The notes under the pieces are model-generated. The model saw nothing but the letters and a program-made list of their open reading frames with translations, was not told where the DNA came from and ran no database searches. The translations under genes and the position numbers were made by a program. A stretch of DNA of 63,920 nucleotides, filler included, from Octopus bimaculoides (taxonomy: Eukaryota): NCBI RefSeq assembly GCF_001194135.2. It is 8 parts of 7 records of this genome, joined end to end, with 100 filler letters (N's around TTAATTAATTAA, not from the genome) between each part and the next. Parts side by side here need not be neighbours in the genome. Positions count along the whole stretch, not along the records: positions 62,514 to 63,920 come from NC_068981.1; 7 more parts are not named here. One strand, written 5' to 3'. Shown here piece after piece: positions 63,721-63,920 of this stretch; positions within the stretch are counted from its first letter, which is position 1, and each line of letters starts with the position of its first letter.

Positions 63721-63819
63721 CAACCCTGGGTTCAACTAAAACCTCGGGCCAACTAAAGCCATGTGAGTACATTTGGTAGAGAAAGCAGAAAAATGTCTGC
63801 TGTGTGCGTGTGTGTGTGC

Positions 63820-63871
<52 letters not shown>

Positions 63872-63888
63872 GTACGCATGTGTGTATG

Positions 63889-63920
<32 letters not shown>

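Overview
AT-rich, microsatellite-dense animal genomic DNA from a gapped draft assembly. The SINE/LINE content looks octopus-like (inference, not checked by search). Seven artificial N44-TTAATTAATTAA-N44 spacers split the window into eight pieces, so adjacency across them is unproven. I can support only one intact protein-coding gene: a group-A bHLH transcription factor with an uninterrupted CDS (53398-54294, 298 aa) whose family I cannot assign. The rest is mostly transposon-derived: a full-length decayed mariner, a piggyBac/PGBD-like fragment, a Tigger derivative, R4/Dong-like and HERO-like RLE LINEs, RTE LINEs, many Penelope-like (PLE) fragments, several tRNA-derived SINE families, and a 33-bp satellite with higher-order structure. 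The most notable signal is a set of minimal type-I hammerhead ribozyme motifs next to PLE sequences: one with a complete catalytic core (19972-20034, minus), one G12A variant, one decayed copy, and a conserved half-core variant in two related repeats. There is also a CpG-depletion gradient and several template-switch fold-back events. Most short ORFs in the track are microsatellite or N-gap artefacts. Repeat boundaries were read by eye and are approximate.
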